DNA from: a virus
Taxonomy: Duplodnaviria; Caudoviricetes
Length of the DNA stretch: 64,000 nucleotides
IMG/VR virus record: IMGVR_UViG_3300026549_000069
Location: 12,424-76,423 of that record
Direction: 5' to 3' (one strand)
The stretch's first letter is position 1, and every line of letters starts with the position of its first letter. Below, in pieces: positions 1 through 11,245 of the stretch. Below the pieces are notes generated by a model. The model saw only the letters and a list, made by a program, of their open reading frames with translations, had not been told where the DNA came from and ran no database searches. The position numbers and the translations under genes are program-made.

Positions 1-5
1 CAATT

Positions 6-3000
6 GTGCGGGAGGGGATGGTTAGTGACAATGGCGACTTGAAAGGAATGACAAAGTACTCGTTTGAGTTCTACCACCCGATGCACATGTTGTCTAATTT
101 CCCATTCACAGATGTCGCTGTAAGCAATGATGAATTGTTATATAAGTCACAGGACAAGGTATTTTCTTGGGTCGGATATTTACAAGACTATATAAACAAG
201 TTAAACAAGAACCTGCAAGAAACGCAATGGATTTGCGATTTAAGCCCTTTGACGCAAGAGAGCACGTTAAAGAAATTCAGCGATGTACTTACTTTCGACA
301 ACAACACGATTGCAGACGCATTAAAGACTGCATTTGATACTTGGGGAGTTCCCTTTGTCATTGATGTTATATCAGTCACAGATGAACGGTATGCGCAAGG
401 AAAACGATTCTTGATACATTTTGGAGAACCGTCAAATGAAATTTACGAAAGCGAAGATGCAAAAGAGGCTAGCACACCATTCGTGTTCAAGTTCGGGCAA
501 GGTGTAGGATTAAAGAACAATAGTGCAACACCGAAGAACAACAAAATCATCACACGAATTGCAGGCTATGGCAGCGAAAGAAATATACCTTTCGGCTATC
601 CGCAAATTGTTTGGGATGAAAATGGTGATGAAAGCGAATTGCAATATCCTTTGTATGATGGCATAGTTGGCGGTAGGTGGGTCAAGCTAATTAAGCATCC
701 ATTCACAAGAAACCACCTAATGCCAACAATCTATGCTGAAACTGTTGCAAGAAAGGTCAATCCAATGGATGCTCACTACGACCCGAATACAACCATTATT
801 GACTATCACGATGCACTAGACCAAAGCATTTATCAGCATACAATTAATCCAAATTCGCCGTCATACGAATCGCATGAATTTGAAGATATATTTCCCGAAC
901 TGGGCGTAAAGAACATAGTTGCAGTCCAGCCTATCAATGACGATATGACTGATGCACAAGATTGGGATGATTCTGTTGATGACCAAGGGAACTACAAGCA
1001 AGGGTATTTTAAGCTGACATTGCCTGTTCTTGATTTTGACTTGTATGCCTGTGCTGCAATCACAGAGGAAATGCAAATCAATATGCGCACTGGTGCTTGC
1101 ATTGGCTGTACGTTTACAATACAAGTGGATTGGGAAGATTATAAGAAGAATTTCTACGATGCAGACAATAACTTCAGTCCAGATGGTAGCCAACGTGATT
1201 TAACAAAATATCCGAAAAGCCAAAACGGTCAGATAATTGTTATCTGCCAAAAGGACACAAACACATTTGGCACGCTGATGCCAAACATATTCCAAAAGCC
1301 AAAAGGCACTATCGCAGGAGAATATGAAGGTGACGAGTTTGTTGTTCTTGGCATTTCTTTGCCCGAAAGTCACATTATAAATGCGCAATATAGGCTTGAT
1401 GCAGCAATGGATGAGTATATGTTGGAAAACAACGTGTACTACTTTGACTACCCGTTGAAATTTGACGAACATTTCCTTGCGACACACACCTATGTACTCA
1501 ATCAAATAAAGAACAACACTATTGTCAGATTTGAGTTTAAGGGGGAAATTATACCGTTGTATGTAAAGCAAATCACAATTAAATATGGTGAATCACCGCT
1601 ACCGCAATACACAATCACCTTGACTGATGATGTTGATATTGTTCTGAATCAAATCGGTCAAGTAACAGATGATGTGAGCAAGATGCGTGTGCAAATATCA
1701 TCATTGCAATCATATTGGTATCGTAGTGGTGCTGGTGGCAGTGGAACAGATAATACAAAACTATCGAAAGTTGTAGATGATACAGCTAGCGGTGTAATAA
1801 CGTTCTTGCAAGGATTGCTGGCAGGTAATTGGGTTGAGGATTCTAGTGGTGCTGCCATTCATCAAAACAATGACGGAAACTGGGTGATTGAGGCTGATTA
1901 TTTCAATGTTCGTAAAAAGCTGCAAGCTAACGAGGTTGAAATAATGCACAGTTCACATATTGGCGGTCGCCTAATTGCCACCGCAGGTTCTATGGTTGTT
2001 ACGAAAGTGCAATACATAGACAATTATCAAACAATAGTGTATTCAAACATTTGGAATGGCTCTTGCTATAAATGCTGGTTCAACACAACAGATAGTGATG
2101 GGAATGTTATCTACAATACATTTAAGGTTGGCGACCTAGCATATTGCGAAACTTTTAATTTAACAACAAGTAGCGACGGATTGACAAACCACAGCACAGG
2201 CAATCACTTCTATTGGCGAAAGGTTGTAGAAACTGGCAGTGATTATATCATTCTGTCAAATGTATTTGGTGAATATGCGGCAGAAAGTGACTACCCTTAT
2301 GTTGGCGACCATATTACGTTGTTAGGCAGTCAAGCATACATAGGTTCAGCAGGAACGCAACCGATAGGTGAAGGCGAACAAGGTGTTCCAGCTGGTGTTG
2401 ATTCTTACGAAATTGACACAAGCAGACAGAATGCAATTATAATGGCTGGTGCTGGTGCTGGCAATCCATATATCCGTGTTTATAAAGGGATTGATACTTT
2501 TGTCTTACCAAATCCTGTTGTGCAAATATCACCAAGCGGTTCGTGGATTACTGTAACTGACAATAACGGAAATGATGTAAAAATAACAGACCTTATTGAT
2601 AGTCTGCAAGACCAAGTTGACCAAGTAAAAGAACAGGATGACAAGCAAATTGTTCTTTGGTTTGGGAACGAAACACCGACATTAAATAATGCCCCTGCTG
2701 TTAATTGGGAAACAGAGCAAATTCGGCACGAACACGCAAATGACATCTACTACAATCGTGATGCAGGATTGGCTTATTCGTTTATTGAAACAATAACAGA
2801 AAATATTGCAAGCTATTCTTGGGATTTACTCACAGACCAAGACGTGTTGCGCTCGCTTGAACTTGCAGCAAAAGCGCAAGATACCGCAGATGGGAAAAGG
2901 CGTGTATTTGTTGCACGACCCACACAAGCACAGGCATACGACATTGGCGATTTGTGGGTTAATGCAACTTTCCCGACCGAAATAAGCGATGGCGAAAGCA

Positions 3001-4019
3001 CATTTGGCGATTCGACTGGAACTATACACACAATCGAAAATCCGCTATACAACAACGACATCCTGCGTTGTGTTGTCGCTAAAAGCGAGGGGGATGCATT
3101 TAATATTTCCCATTGGCAACCAGTACAAGAATTCACTACAAGTCGGATAGTTCAAAACTCCAACCAAATCAAACTTGAAGTACAGCAAGGGATGGAAACT
3201 ACTGGTATTAACATCACAACAGGGAAGATTGAACTGAATGCAGCAAACACAGTCGTTTCAAATACATTGTCTGTAGCTAGATTGGAAACACACCCAGACA
3301 CAAGCGTTGATGCTACGAATAAAGCAAAAGTTCAAATCAGTGGCAGTACAATGAACGTGTTTGGCGCGACTGGAATCATGAACATACAATTTGGTGTTGA
3401 TGATGACGGATATGCTGTATTGAAATACTACGACAATGATGGATTCCTTTTGTATGACCTTGGGCCGCACGGGATTAGAACTTTAGATATTAGTTCTGAA
3501 GGCTTTGATTACGATGATTTGTATGTGGTGACACAAGAAGGGGCAAACGACACAAGTGACACATTGGCCACACTAGGCAGGTATCATCCTAAAAAGATAG
3601 CGACAGTTGTTTCGGCCGGCACGATTGCGGATAATAATGATGCAATTGCAGCAGAGGCTAGTGGCAAATGGTTTACGACAACAACGTATGGTGCTGAAAT
3701 TTCAACAATAGTCGCTAATGGTGCTCTTGATACATCAATATTAGCAAACGGAACATATAGGTGGACAAACGAAATATTTTCAATGTCAAACCTTGAATTA
3801 TATGGTAATAGTGTCAGCGATGCAAAAGCGGATTTAATTCTTCAAACAGGAATATCACAAGCACAAGCAGATGCTTTTGATTGGGAGCTTAATACTTCGC
3901 AGTCAAATTTTGTACTAAAACGTACTATATATTGGCGAGAATATACTAACTTTGTCGATGGTGTCGAACAACCACAACATATTACAGTATGGCAAACTGA
4001 AGAATATAATGAGAATTAA
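6..4019 (+). CDS. Phage tail-tip/baseplate hub-type structural protein (5' truncated)
   Basis: Frame open to window edge; KIITRIAGYGSERNIP and ADYFNVRKKLQANEVEI segments typical of Bacteroidales phage tail proteins; heads the tail-lysis operon. Confidence 0.75.
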   Translation: MREGMVSDNGDLKGMTKYSFEFYHPMHMLSNFPFTDVAVSNDELLYKSQDKVFSWVGYLQDYINKLNKNLQETQWICDLSPLTQESTLKKFSDVLTFDNNTIADALKTAFDTWGVPFVIDVISVTDERYAQGKRFLIHFGEPSNEIYESEDAKEASTPFVFKFGQGVGLKNNSATPKNNKIITRIAGYGSERNIPFGYPQIVWDENGDESELQYPLYDGIVGGRWVKLIKHPFTRNHLMPTIYAETVARKVNPMDAHYDPNTTIIDYHDALDQSIYQHTINPNSPSYESHEFEDIFPELGVKNIVAVQPINDDMTDAQDWDDSVDDQGNYKQGYFKLTLPVLDFDLYACAAITEEMQINMRTGACIGCTFTIQVDWEDYKKNFYDADNNFSPDGSQRDLTKYPKSQNGQIIVICQKDTNTFGTLMPNIFQKPKGTIAGEYEGDEFVVLGISLPESHIINAQYRLDAAMDEYMLENNVYYFDYPLKFDEHFLATHTYVLNQIKNNTIVRFEFKGEIIPLYVKQITIKYGESPLPQYTITLTDDVDIVLNQIGQVTDDVSKMRVQISSLQSYWYRSGAGGSGTDNTKLSKVVDDTASGVITFLQGLLAGNWVEDSSGAAIHQNNDGNWVIEADYFNVRKKLQANEVEIMHSSHIGGRLIATAGSMVVTKVQYIDNYQTIVYSNIWNGSCYKCWFNTTDSDGNVIYNTFKVGDLAYCETFNLTTSSDGLTNHSTGNHFYWRKVVETGSDYIILSNVFGEYAAESDYPYVGDHITLLGSQAYIGSAGTQPIGEGEQGVPAGVDSYEIDTSRQNAIIMAGAGAGNPYIRVYKGIDTFVLPNPVVQISPSGSWITVTDNNGNDVKITDLIDSLQDQVDQVKEQDDKQIVLWFGNETPTLNNAPAVNWETEQIRHEHANDIYYNRDAGLAYSFIETITENIASYSWDLLTDQDVLRSLELAAKAQDTADGKRRVFVARPTQAQAYDIGDLWVNATFPTEISDGESTFGDSTGTIHTIENPLYNNDILRCVVAKSEGDAFNISHWQPVQEFTTSRIVQNSNQIKLEVQQGMETTGINITTGKIELNAANTVVSNTLSVARLETHPDTSVDATNKAKVQISGSTMNVFGATGIMNIQFGVDDDGYAVLKYYDNDGFLLYDLGPHGIRTLDISSEGFDYDDLYVVTQEGANDTSDTLATLGRYHPKKIATVVSAGTIADNNDAIAAEASGKWFTTTTYGAEISTIVANGALDTSILANGTYRWTNEIFSMSNLELYGNSVSDAKADLILQTGISQAQADAFDWELNTSQSNFVLKRTIYWREYTNFVDGVEQPQHITVWQTEEYNEN

Positions 4020-4237
4020 TGGCAATCACAGGGAACATATCATTTAGAATTAGCCAAAGTGAATCTGATAATGGGCAAGCAAAAAGTGCGATTGTTCACA
4101 ATATAAGCGGAACACTAACACAAAATAAGGTTCATCAAAAGTATATGGCTGAAATCATTGCACACGCATTATCAACCATTGGCATGGATATTGAAAATGA
4201 AAGATTTACTTATACATTCCCATTTAAACTAAACTAG
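4019..4237 (+). CDS. Small tail-operon protein
   Basis: 72 aa, TAATG coupling to upstream gene. Confidence 0.6.
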   Translation: MAITGNISFRISQSESDNGQAKSAIVHNISGTLTQNKVHQKYMAEIIAHALSTIGMDIENERFTYTFPFKLN

Positions 4238-4240
4238 GAA

Positions 4241-4591
4241 ATGGATAATATAGAACAATTATACATACCTGATAAAGTCAAAGGCGACAAGTTGTCAGCG
4301 GTAGAATTTAATAAAGTGCCGTCAAAAATCAACGAAATCATTGATTGGCTTAACGCTTTTGATGAACATACTAGGCAATTAATTGTAGAGGCAATTTCAC
4401 CGTACAATAATATCCGCGTGATGACCACACAAGAATACCTTGCACAATCAACTTGGGACACACGCGTTATTTATGCTTGCGTTGACAATGGCGAATTGAC
4501 TAGTGTGAATCTAGGGCTTTTTACGATAGCGACAAAACAAGGGCAAGCAATTGTTAAAGGTTTTCCGTATTCATTGCCTATTATTCTTTAA
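4241..4591 (+). CDS. Tail-associated protein
   Basis: 116 aa; N-terminal GDKLSAVEFN motif resembles the start of the next ORF. Confidence 0.6.
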   Translation: MDNIEQLYIPDKVKGDKLSAVEFNKVPSKINEIIDWLNAFDEHTRQLIVEAISPYNNIRVMTTQEYLAQSTWDTRVIYACVDNGELTSVNLGLFTIATKQGQAIVKGFPYSLPIIL

Positions 4592-4612
4592 CTATATATA
4601 GTTTATTGATTT

Positions 4613-7600
4613 ATGACAAACATTAATGATTTATTAAACAAGATTGAAAACGAGGGCAAAACACCGTCAGGGCGTGTTTCCGCAGAAGAGTTCAATCGTC
4701 TTGTCACTGCTGTGGGAGAAAACCAAGGGGCTGTACATAAGGTGACGATTGACAATGTGGAGTTCACGCCAGATGATGACGGCAATGTAACCCTTGTTAT
4801 CGACCAAGGTGACATCACATACAGCCTTGTGCTAGAGTTTCAAAGCGCACCACAAGTACTACAAAGAAGTACAGATGTTAGTGTGAATGTCCGCGTCAAG
4901 TCTAGCTACAAACGTGAGGGCATAACAACACCATTATCAGAAGTCGCAAGGGTTGTCATCAAAACTAGAACAAGCATTGATGGCGCATGGGTGAATGCTA
5001 CGACTGTGGCAATAGGCACAAATTCAGAAAGCTACACTACAATCCCTTTGAAAAATTACTTGAATATTGGCACAAATTATGTGCAATTCCAAGCAATCAG
5101 CGACAATACTAGGGATGTTGTGAATGAGTTTGAATTAAACGTTGTCAACCTTTCGCTTTCACCGAACAATGCATTTGAAAGGCCATTCACGGACACATTG
5201 ACATTGAACTACTTGATTAGTGGTTCTTATCCAAAGCAAATGCAATTCCAATTTGGTAGTGGAAATGGCAGCTACTTTACCCCTGTGTTTTCGTATTTGA
5301 CCGACAATAGGCTTATTGTTAATCTTGACAGTAGTTCCTATATGGAAAGCGGCCGTGATTTCCAATTTACGGATGCTGATATTCTAGAAACAATGTTGGC
5401 GGAGGGCGTACACACGGTTAAAGCGAGGTTGTATATTAGCGAAGATGTCAATACCGATTGGGTGGAAACTCAATATGTTGTCGCAGGTCAAATTCCTTAT
5501 GTGTCACTGAATAACATTTCGCCTAATTTGACAAACTGGACTGATGTCCATTTCTTTAATTGGGCTACGACGCAAAACATTGCCGTTGTGTTCAGATTAA
5601 CAAATGAGGAGGATACATTGACCTATGCGACGTGGAACTTTGATGCTGCCGCAGAAACTAGCTATGATTTCTCAACCCAACTTGGCATTGAATTACAGGA
5701 TGCAAGTGTTACGCAATTTTACGGCATCATGCATATTGAGGATATTAACGGCAATGCGCTAGCTGATAATGTCGTGTTTAATATTGCGAACAGTGCAGCT
5801 TTTGTCCCGACAAGTGGTGCTGACTTTATTATTACGCCAGCGAATAGAAACAATAGCGAAACAAATCCAGCTAGGGTTATAAATAATGCTACTGGAAGTG
5901 TTGTCAGTGCAACGTTCACAAACTTCGGTTTCTTGACAGACGGGTGGATGCCTGTCAACAAAGATGTGAATGCAATTTCGTCGAATGCAGAAACAATCCG
6001 AGCATTACATATTCCCAGTGGGCGAAAGTTGGATATTGATTACAATCCATTTGTTGATTTCACAAGCGGCAACAACACTGGCTTGAATATGACTCTTGAA
6101 TTTGATTACAGGACAAGCAATATCCTTGATGAAAACGACCCCATTATTCGCATTGGCACAACGGCTAATGACGGCAATGTTTGGGGATTTGAAATGCTGC
6201 CAACAAAGGCATATATGTTGACAGAAAATGAACGCAATGTCGCTGACCAAGATGTTGATTGGGCAGAAGATACCAGAATGCACTTGGCTGTCAATGTTAT
6301 ATATGGTTTGCGTAATGCTGCGTATGATGAACGAATCAATCTTATCCGAATATTCTTAAACGGTGTGATTGAGCGGGAATTTACATATAATTCGGATGAC
6401 AGATTTACAGCTGCGAGTGGTGTGCATATCGTGTTTGGCAACAATACCAGCGACCTTGATATTTTTGGTGTTCGTTCTTATCGTAAGGCTTTGTCTGTTG
6501 ATGATGTTATGCGTGACTATCGTTCATCATTAAGCACGTCAAATGAAAAGATTGCTTTCTTGGAGGCAAATGACATTACAGAGGGCGGTGCGATTGATTT
6601 TGTGAAATGCCAAGGCAAATACAACATAATCGGTTTTACTGGGCCGACATTGCCACAATATATCAACGGGAACAACGAAACTGTCCATGGTGACTTGTAT
6701 ATCAATATCGTTGGCGACCCTGACCATAGCGGCACTTTGACAAATCTTGATGTAAAAGGTCAAGGTACAACAGCTATGACCTATTTCTTTTGGAATCAGC
6801 AATACAAGATTACAGACACAACACAACACCTAGACTTGCAAGGGAACACTAGGTCTGGAATGCTTGGCAAGGGATATGCGATTAAAGATGGTGAGGCACT
6901 TGCAAAGAAACTTGTAGGCAAGATTAACTTTGCATCGTCAATGCAGTCACACAAACTTGGCTTGACTTGGATTTACACAGACTTGTTCAAGCAAGTGATT
7001 TCAAATGACAATCTTCCCAGTCAAATCAAACGACAATCAAATGCACGCCTTGCGGTCTATGAAAAGCCGTTCTTGTTCTTTTGGCGCACAAGTGAAAATA
7101 GCCCGTGGGTATTCAAGAACTTAATGACATTCGGCGCTGGCAAAGGTGACAAGCCAACATTTGGTTTTAGTTCAAGTGCAACACCTGATATGATGATGGT
7201 CGAGGGTGCAGACAACGACAGACCTTTGGCTTTATTCGCCATGCCATGGAATGATGATGTCGTGTACAATACATCGTCAGAGGCTTGGATGTACAACAAT
7301 CAAAAACAATTAAACTTTGGCTTTGGCTCAACGACAAAGGTTAATGGCGAGGAGGTGCCGTCAAGTGAAAATGCAATCAATGCAATGAAAGCATTTTTTA
7401 ACTTTGTCTATACGCATCATTCTGGAATTAACTATTTCAATGGCACATTTTCTGAATTAAAGCGCAGCACAAGCGTTTCCCGCAGCAAGCTGTATTGGGT
7501 AACACAGGCCGAAAATGGTTCAAATATCTATGACTTGTATAGGTATGATGCTCTTGCAGCTACTTGGGTGAATGCAGGTGTTGACGGTGACACATTGAAT

Positions 7601-10546
7601 ATGCGTTCACAGTATGTCGCTTTTTGTTCGGACACTGGCGATACATCTAGGTCATTCGACGGCTTACTTGCAGCTAGTATTAATGAAATTTTCGCTGACG
7701 AAAGGCGCAAGCATTTCAAGCTAAATGCAAGCAACTATTTCCATGTGGATGACGCGCTTTACCATTCTTGCTTTGTCAAGTTCTTTGCGGCGACAGACAA
7801 TAGAGCAAAGAACACCTATTACTACACTGACCCTGAAACATTAAAGATTCGTTGGATGCAGGATGACCTTGATACCGTTATAAAAACGAACAATGTCGGT
7901 CAAAACCGCAAGCCATATTATGTAGAAGAACACGACTTGAATGCCGCTGGTGAATACTATTGGCAAGGAGAGGCAAGCGGTTTCTACAACTTGTTGGAGG
8001 AGGCATTTGAGGTTGAAATGACAACCATGATGCGCAGGATGCTGTCAGGTATGGCGGCGATAGGCGGCAGTGTGATTGGGTTCTTGGAGCAATATCTGTT
8101 ATACACACAGGACTATTTCCCCGCCATTGCGTACAACGAGCAAGCCAGCAAGGTGTATGAAACATCGGCAATCGCACAAGAGGCTGGTGTATACACCAAT
8201 AGTTCTGCACGGGCAATCAGTCAGTCATGCGGCAGTCAACGATGGTCTGAATATCAATGGCTGGTTGACAGAATTATGTACATCAGTTCTTGGTGTGAAT
8301 ATGGAGAATTTGCGGCAAGTTCAAGTGCGCCCAATGCGCTTGGCTGGCGTGCAAGCGGCAAGGCTACTGGCACAAACTACAACTTTGTTCTTACGCCTGC
8401 TAAATGGCTTTATCCTAGAGTTGGCTTTGGTGAATCAAATGTCGCACCTACAGCCATCGTTGCTGGCAAAGAAAGCCGTGTGCGTGTGCCTGCTGGACAG
8501 ACATTTGCATTCCCTACTATTTCTCTTGACACCGACTCTACTTTGTCAATCAAGGGCATTAATTACTATCTTGATATTGGCGACATGAACGTTGGTTTGT
8601 CAAGTTCACAGGGAACGTTTACTTTCGCTGGTCGAAAGTTGCAGCAAATCAATGTGAATCCTACTGGCGCAAACGACAATGAATTTCTTGCAACAAACAT
8701 CATCATAAGCAATGCCACAAATATCAAGACAATTAAAATCCGTGGTGTGAACACTTTGGCTGGTGCTATTGACCTGTCAAGATGTTCTAGACTTGAATCC
8801 ATTGATTTGCGTGGAACTACCGCTACTGGTGTAAGTTTTCCAGCAAGCAATGCACTCACTGATGCCCTTATGCCAGCGACATTGACCACAATAAGCATAA
8901 CGCAACAGCCCAACCTTTCTAACTTTTCCATCGAATCGTCTACAACTAGTGCAAGTGGTACGACATATATTGGTGGTGAATTGCTTACACGAATCACTGT
9001 GCTTGACAACACTGTGCTTGACACCTATAATAATATTGTTGGTTTTGCTATAAACGCAAACGCCAATCTGCAAATTGTCAATATTAACAATATTGATTGG
9101 GCATTGACTAATACTACAATACTGGAAATGCTTGCCGACATTGATAGCACATTGAAAGGTGTTATAGACATCGCAGGAACAAACAAGGTCACATTTGCAG
9201 CCAAGCGGAAATTCTACGAAAAGTGGGGCGAAATTGATGATTCTGCAAATGATTTGTATATTACATACGCAAAAGTAGCTTTAAGCGATTTTGAAATATC
9301 TGGCAATGACTATCTTGGTGAAGCACCAAAAGATTATATTATGGATGCCTATCCGACAAATCAGTATGCCAATAATTTCAAAAACATTAAGTGGTCACTT
9401 TCCGCAAATCTATATGCTACTGTCGATGAAAATACTGGTGTTGTCCATGTGACATCGCTTGGAACTGAAGAACTCGCACCTACTGCAACTTTGACTTGCA
9501 CAATCACTTTGTTGGATAACAGTACAATCACAAAGTCAAAGCCAATAGGATTCTATCTGCGTTCTGCGCATCTTGGTGACTATGTGTATTATGACGGTAC
9601 CTATAGTGATATTTATGACAGGAGAAAAACAGTGGTAGGTATTTGTTTTTATATTGATAATGAATTTCCAGAATGCAGAATGATGTTGCACCCTGTACCA
9701 ATTACTGCAATTGTTGGTAGATGGGGGCTAGATAATACTAATGATGGTATTCAAAACATAGCACTTGCTGACAATCCAACGTACGATGTGTATAATACTC
9801 CACTGATAGATTATGGAACAAGTACGTTTTACATAAATAATAGCACAATGAGAAATCAAGATAATACTGATTTTAAAGACATTCCAATAACTCAAAATGG
9901 AGGTGACATTGGTGTTGTAACACTTGAACAAGATTTAATGGGCAAAAGGGCTGGCGAACAAATATTTTGGGGGCAATACAACACTCTTTTGATAATCAAA
10001 CATCGTAATACAATATTAAATGATAGCGCAATAAATCTTCCCATTCCAAGTGAAATTAAAAATGAACAAGGGAGAATTGTTAAAACTGAAGTTGATGATT
10101 TGATTGATAAAATGGCAGCCATTGCTAGCGAAAACGAGTCAAAATATGAGGCTTTTTACTATCCATTAGTATCCTATGCTTATGCTTTTGAACCAAATGT
10201 TTCTTCCAAAGAAACGTTAAATGATAAGTTTAAACGGCATAATTGGTGGATGTTATCACAAGGAGAAATGGCACGATTTATATGGTACTATTGTCAAGGA
10301 TTCGACATCTCAACGAATGAAAATGCAATTTTTGCAGAAGCAAGAAGAACAGGTGTTTTTCCCGTTGTTAACACTCAAACGCAATATGCCACATCAAGTG
10401 AATCCAATCAGAATAATTTCAAGTTATGTAAATATCAAGCAAGATGGTCTAGCGACAATAATAATTTGAATATTAGCGGTATGGTGAATAAAATTTCAAT
10501 GAGTAATATGTACCCATCAAGACAATTTGTCGCATGTTCGTTTTAA
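4613..10546 (+). CDS. Large tail fibre / receptor-binding protein
   Basis: 1977 aa, beta-rich; LRR-like segment (IDLSRCSRLESIDLRGT), Ig-like segment, C-terminus resembling C-type-lectin-fold tips. Confidence 0.7.
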   Translation: MTNINDLLNKIENEGKTPSGRVSAEEFNRLVTAVGENQGAVHKVTIDNVEFTPDDDGNVTLVIDQGDITYSLVLEFQSAPQVLQRSTDVSVNVRVKSSYKREGITTPLSEVARVVIKTRTSIDGAWVNATTVAIGTNSESYTTIPLKNYLNIGTNYVQFQAISDNTRDVVNEFELNVVNLSLSPNNAFERPFTDTLTLNYLISGSYPKQMQFQFGSGNGSYFTPVFSYLTDNRLIVNLDSSSYMESGRDFQFTDADILETMLAEGVHTVKARLYISEDVNTDWVETQYVVAGQIPYVSLNNISPNLTNWTDVHFFNWATTQNIAVVFRLTNEEDTLTYATWNFDAAAETSYDFSTQLGIELQDASVTQFYGIMHIEDINGNALADNVVFNIANSAAFVPTSGADFIITPANRNNSETNPARVINNATGSVVSATFTNFGFLTDGWMPVNKDVNAISSNAETIRALHIPSGRKLDIDYNPFVDFTSGNNTGLNMTLEFDYRTSNILDENDPIIRIGTTANDGNVWGFEMLPTKAYMLTENERNVADQDVDWAEDTRMHLAVNVIYGLRNAAYDERINLIRIFLNGVIEREFTYNSDDRFTAASGVHIVFGNNTSDLDIFGVRSYRKALSVDDVMRDYRSSLSTSNEKIAFLEANDITEGGAIDFVKCQGKYNIIGFTGPTLPQYINGNNETVHGDLYINIVGDPDHSGTLTNLDVKGQGTTAMTYFFWNQQYKITDTTQHLDLQGNTRSGMLGKGYAIKDGEALAKKLVGKINFASSMQSHKLGLTWIYTDLFKQVISNDNLPSQIKRQSNARLAVYEKPFLFFWRTSENSPWVFKNLMTFGAGKGDKPTFGFSSSATPDMMMVEGADNDRPLALFAMPWNDDVVYNTSSEAWMYNNQKQLNFGFGSTTKVNGEEVPSSENAINAMKAFFNFVYTHHSGINYFNGTFSELKRSTSVSRSKLYWVTQAENGSNIYDLYRYDALAATWVNAGVDGDTLNMRSQYVAFCSDTGDTSRSFDGLLAASINEIFADERRKHFKLNASNYFHVDDALYHSCFVKFFAATDNRAKNTYYYTDPETLKIRWMQDDLDTVIKTNNVGQNRKPYYVEEHDLNAAGEYYWQGEASGFYNLLEEAFEVEMTTMMRRMLSGMAAIGGSVIGFLEQYLLYTQDYFPAIAYNEQASKVYETSAIAQEAGVYTNSSARAISQSCGSQRWSEYQWLVDRIMYISSWCEYGEFAASSSAPNALGWRASGKATGTNYNFVLTPAKWLYPRVGFGESNVAPTAIVAGKESRVRVPAGQTFAFPTISLDTDSTLSIKGINYYLDIGDMNVGLSSSQGTFTFAGRKLQQINVNPTGANDNEFLATNIIISNATNIKTIKIRGVNTLAGAIDLSRCSRLESIDLRGTTATGVSFPASNALTDALMPATLTTISITQQPNLSNFSIESSTTSASGTTYIGGELLTRITVLDNTVLDTYNNIVGFAINANANLQIVNINNIDWALTNTTILEMLADIDSTLKGVIDIAGTNKVTFAAKRKFYEKWGEIDDSANDLYITYAKVALSDFEISGNDYLGEAPKDYIMDAYPTNQYANNFKNIKWSLSANLYATVDENTGVVHVTSLGTEELAPTATLTCTITLLDNSTITKSKPIGFYLRSAHLGDYVYYDGTYSDIYDRRKTVVGICFYIDNEFPECRMMLHPVPITAIVGRWGLDNTNDGIQNIALADNPTYDVYNTPLIDYGTSTFYINNSTMRNQDNTDFKDIPITQNGGDIGVVTLEQDLMGKRAGEQIFWGQYNTLLIIKHRNTILNDSAINLPIPSEIKNEQGRIVKTEVDDLIDKMAAIASENESKYEAFYYPLVSYAYAFEPNVSSKETLNDKFKRHNWWMLSQGEMARFIWYYCQGFDISTNENAIFAEARRTGVFPVVNTQTQYATSSESNQNNFKLCKYQARWSSDNNNLNISGMVNKISMSNMYPSRQFVACSF

Positions 10547-10563
10547 AATAAAACTATAAAACT

Positions 10564-10941
10564 ATGGAAGAAAAATTAATAGACTATATGTCGCCAGACA
10601 AGGTGACAAAAAAACGCCATCTTGGTCAACCAATCTATATCATCAACTTTGACATAGAAGAAGTTATTGTTGATGAAGTAACGCAATATGCATACTACAC
10701 TGTAGAATTGCCGCCTGCTGTGTGGGATTATGGCGTTATTGTAGACAAGATTATTACAACATATTATCCGAATGATAAGATGTGGGCAATCTTGAACAAC
10801 TATATGCTAGACCAAAGCGACGAACAGAATCTGCAAGAATACAATGCCATGCAAGAAAGGCGTGCTTGGGCAAAGCAGACAGCCAAAGACTTGATGGCTT
10901 ATGCGGAGGAAAACGGAATCATTGAGCATTCCGAAGAATAA
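10564..10941 (+). CDS. Conserved protein downstream of fibre (possible chaperone)
   Basis: 125 aa; position and IITTYYPNDKMWAILNNY motif. Confidence 0.5.
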   Translation: MEEKLIDYMSPDKVTKKRHLGQPIYIINFDIEEVIVDEVTQYAYYTVELPPAVWDYGVIVDKIITTYYPNDKMWAILNNYMLDQSDEQNLQEYNAMQERRAWAKQTAKDLMAYAEENGIIEHSEE

Positions 10942-10978
10942 TAAATCTATTGTTTAACTTTTTAAATTAACTAAAATT

Positions 10979-11245
10979 ATGAGAGAGTATTTTTGGAATT
11001 GCGTGATTAGCTTTGCAGCCTGTTTTCTGCTGGCATGTTTGACATTCCTTATTGGTCGTGATGGTGGTGCTGTTGCATCTGCGGTATGCGCTGGTGCTAT
11101 CTATGGCATCATCATGTCGTTGTCCTACTGCTTTGGGAATTTCTTTAGTGATGACAACAAATTTAACAAGACTTGTCTGTTGGTGATGCTAATTAGCGGT
11201 GTTGTCGGCGGCGTTCTTGGTGGATTCCTTATCAATGTAGGATGA
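10979..11245 (+). CDS. Membrane protein, holin candidate
   Basis: 88 aa, three hydrophobic segments, upstream of endolysin. Confidence 0.5.
   Translation: MREYFWNCVISFAACFLLACLTFLIGRDGGAVASAVCAGAIYGIIMSLSYCFGNFFSDDNKFNKTCLLVMLISGVVGGVLGGFLINVG

Noticed and set aside
10300-10546. Diversity-generating retroelement
   Set aside because: No reverse transcriptase, Avd-like gene or second copy of the putative variable region found in the window
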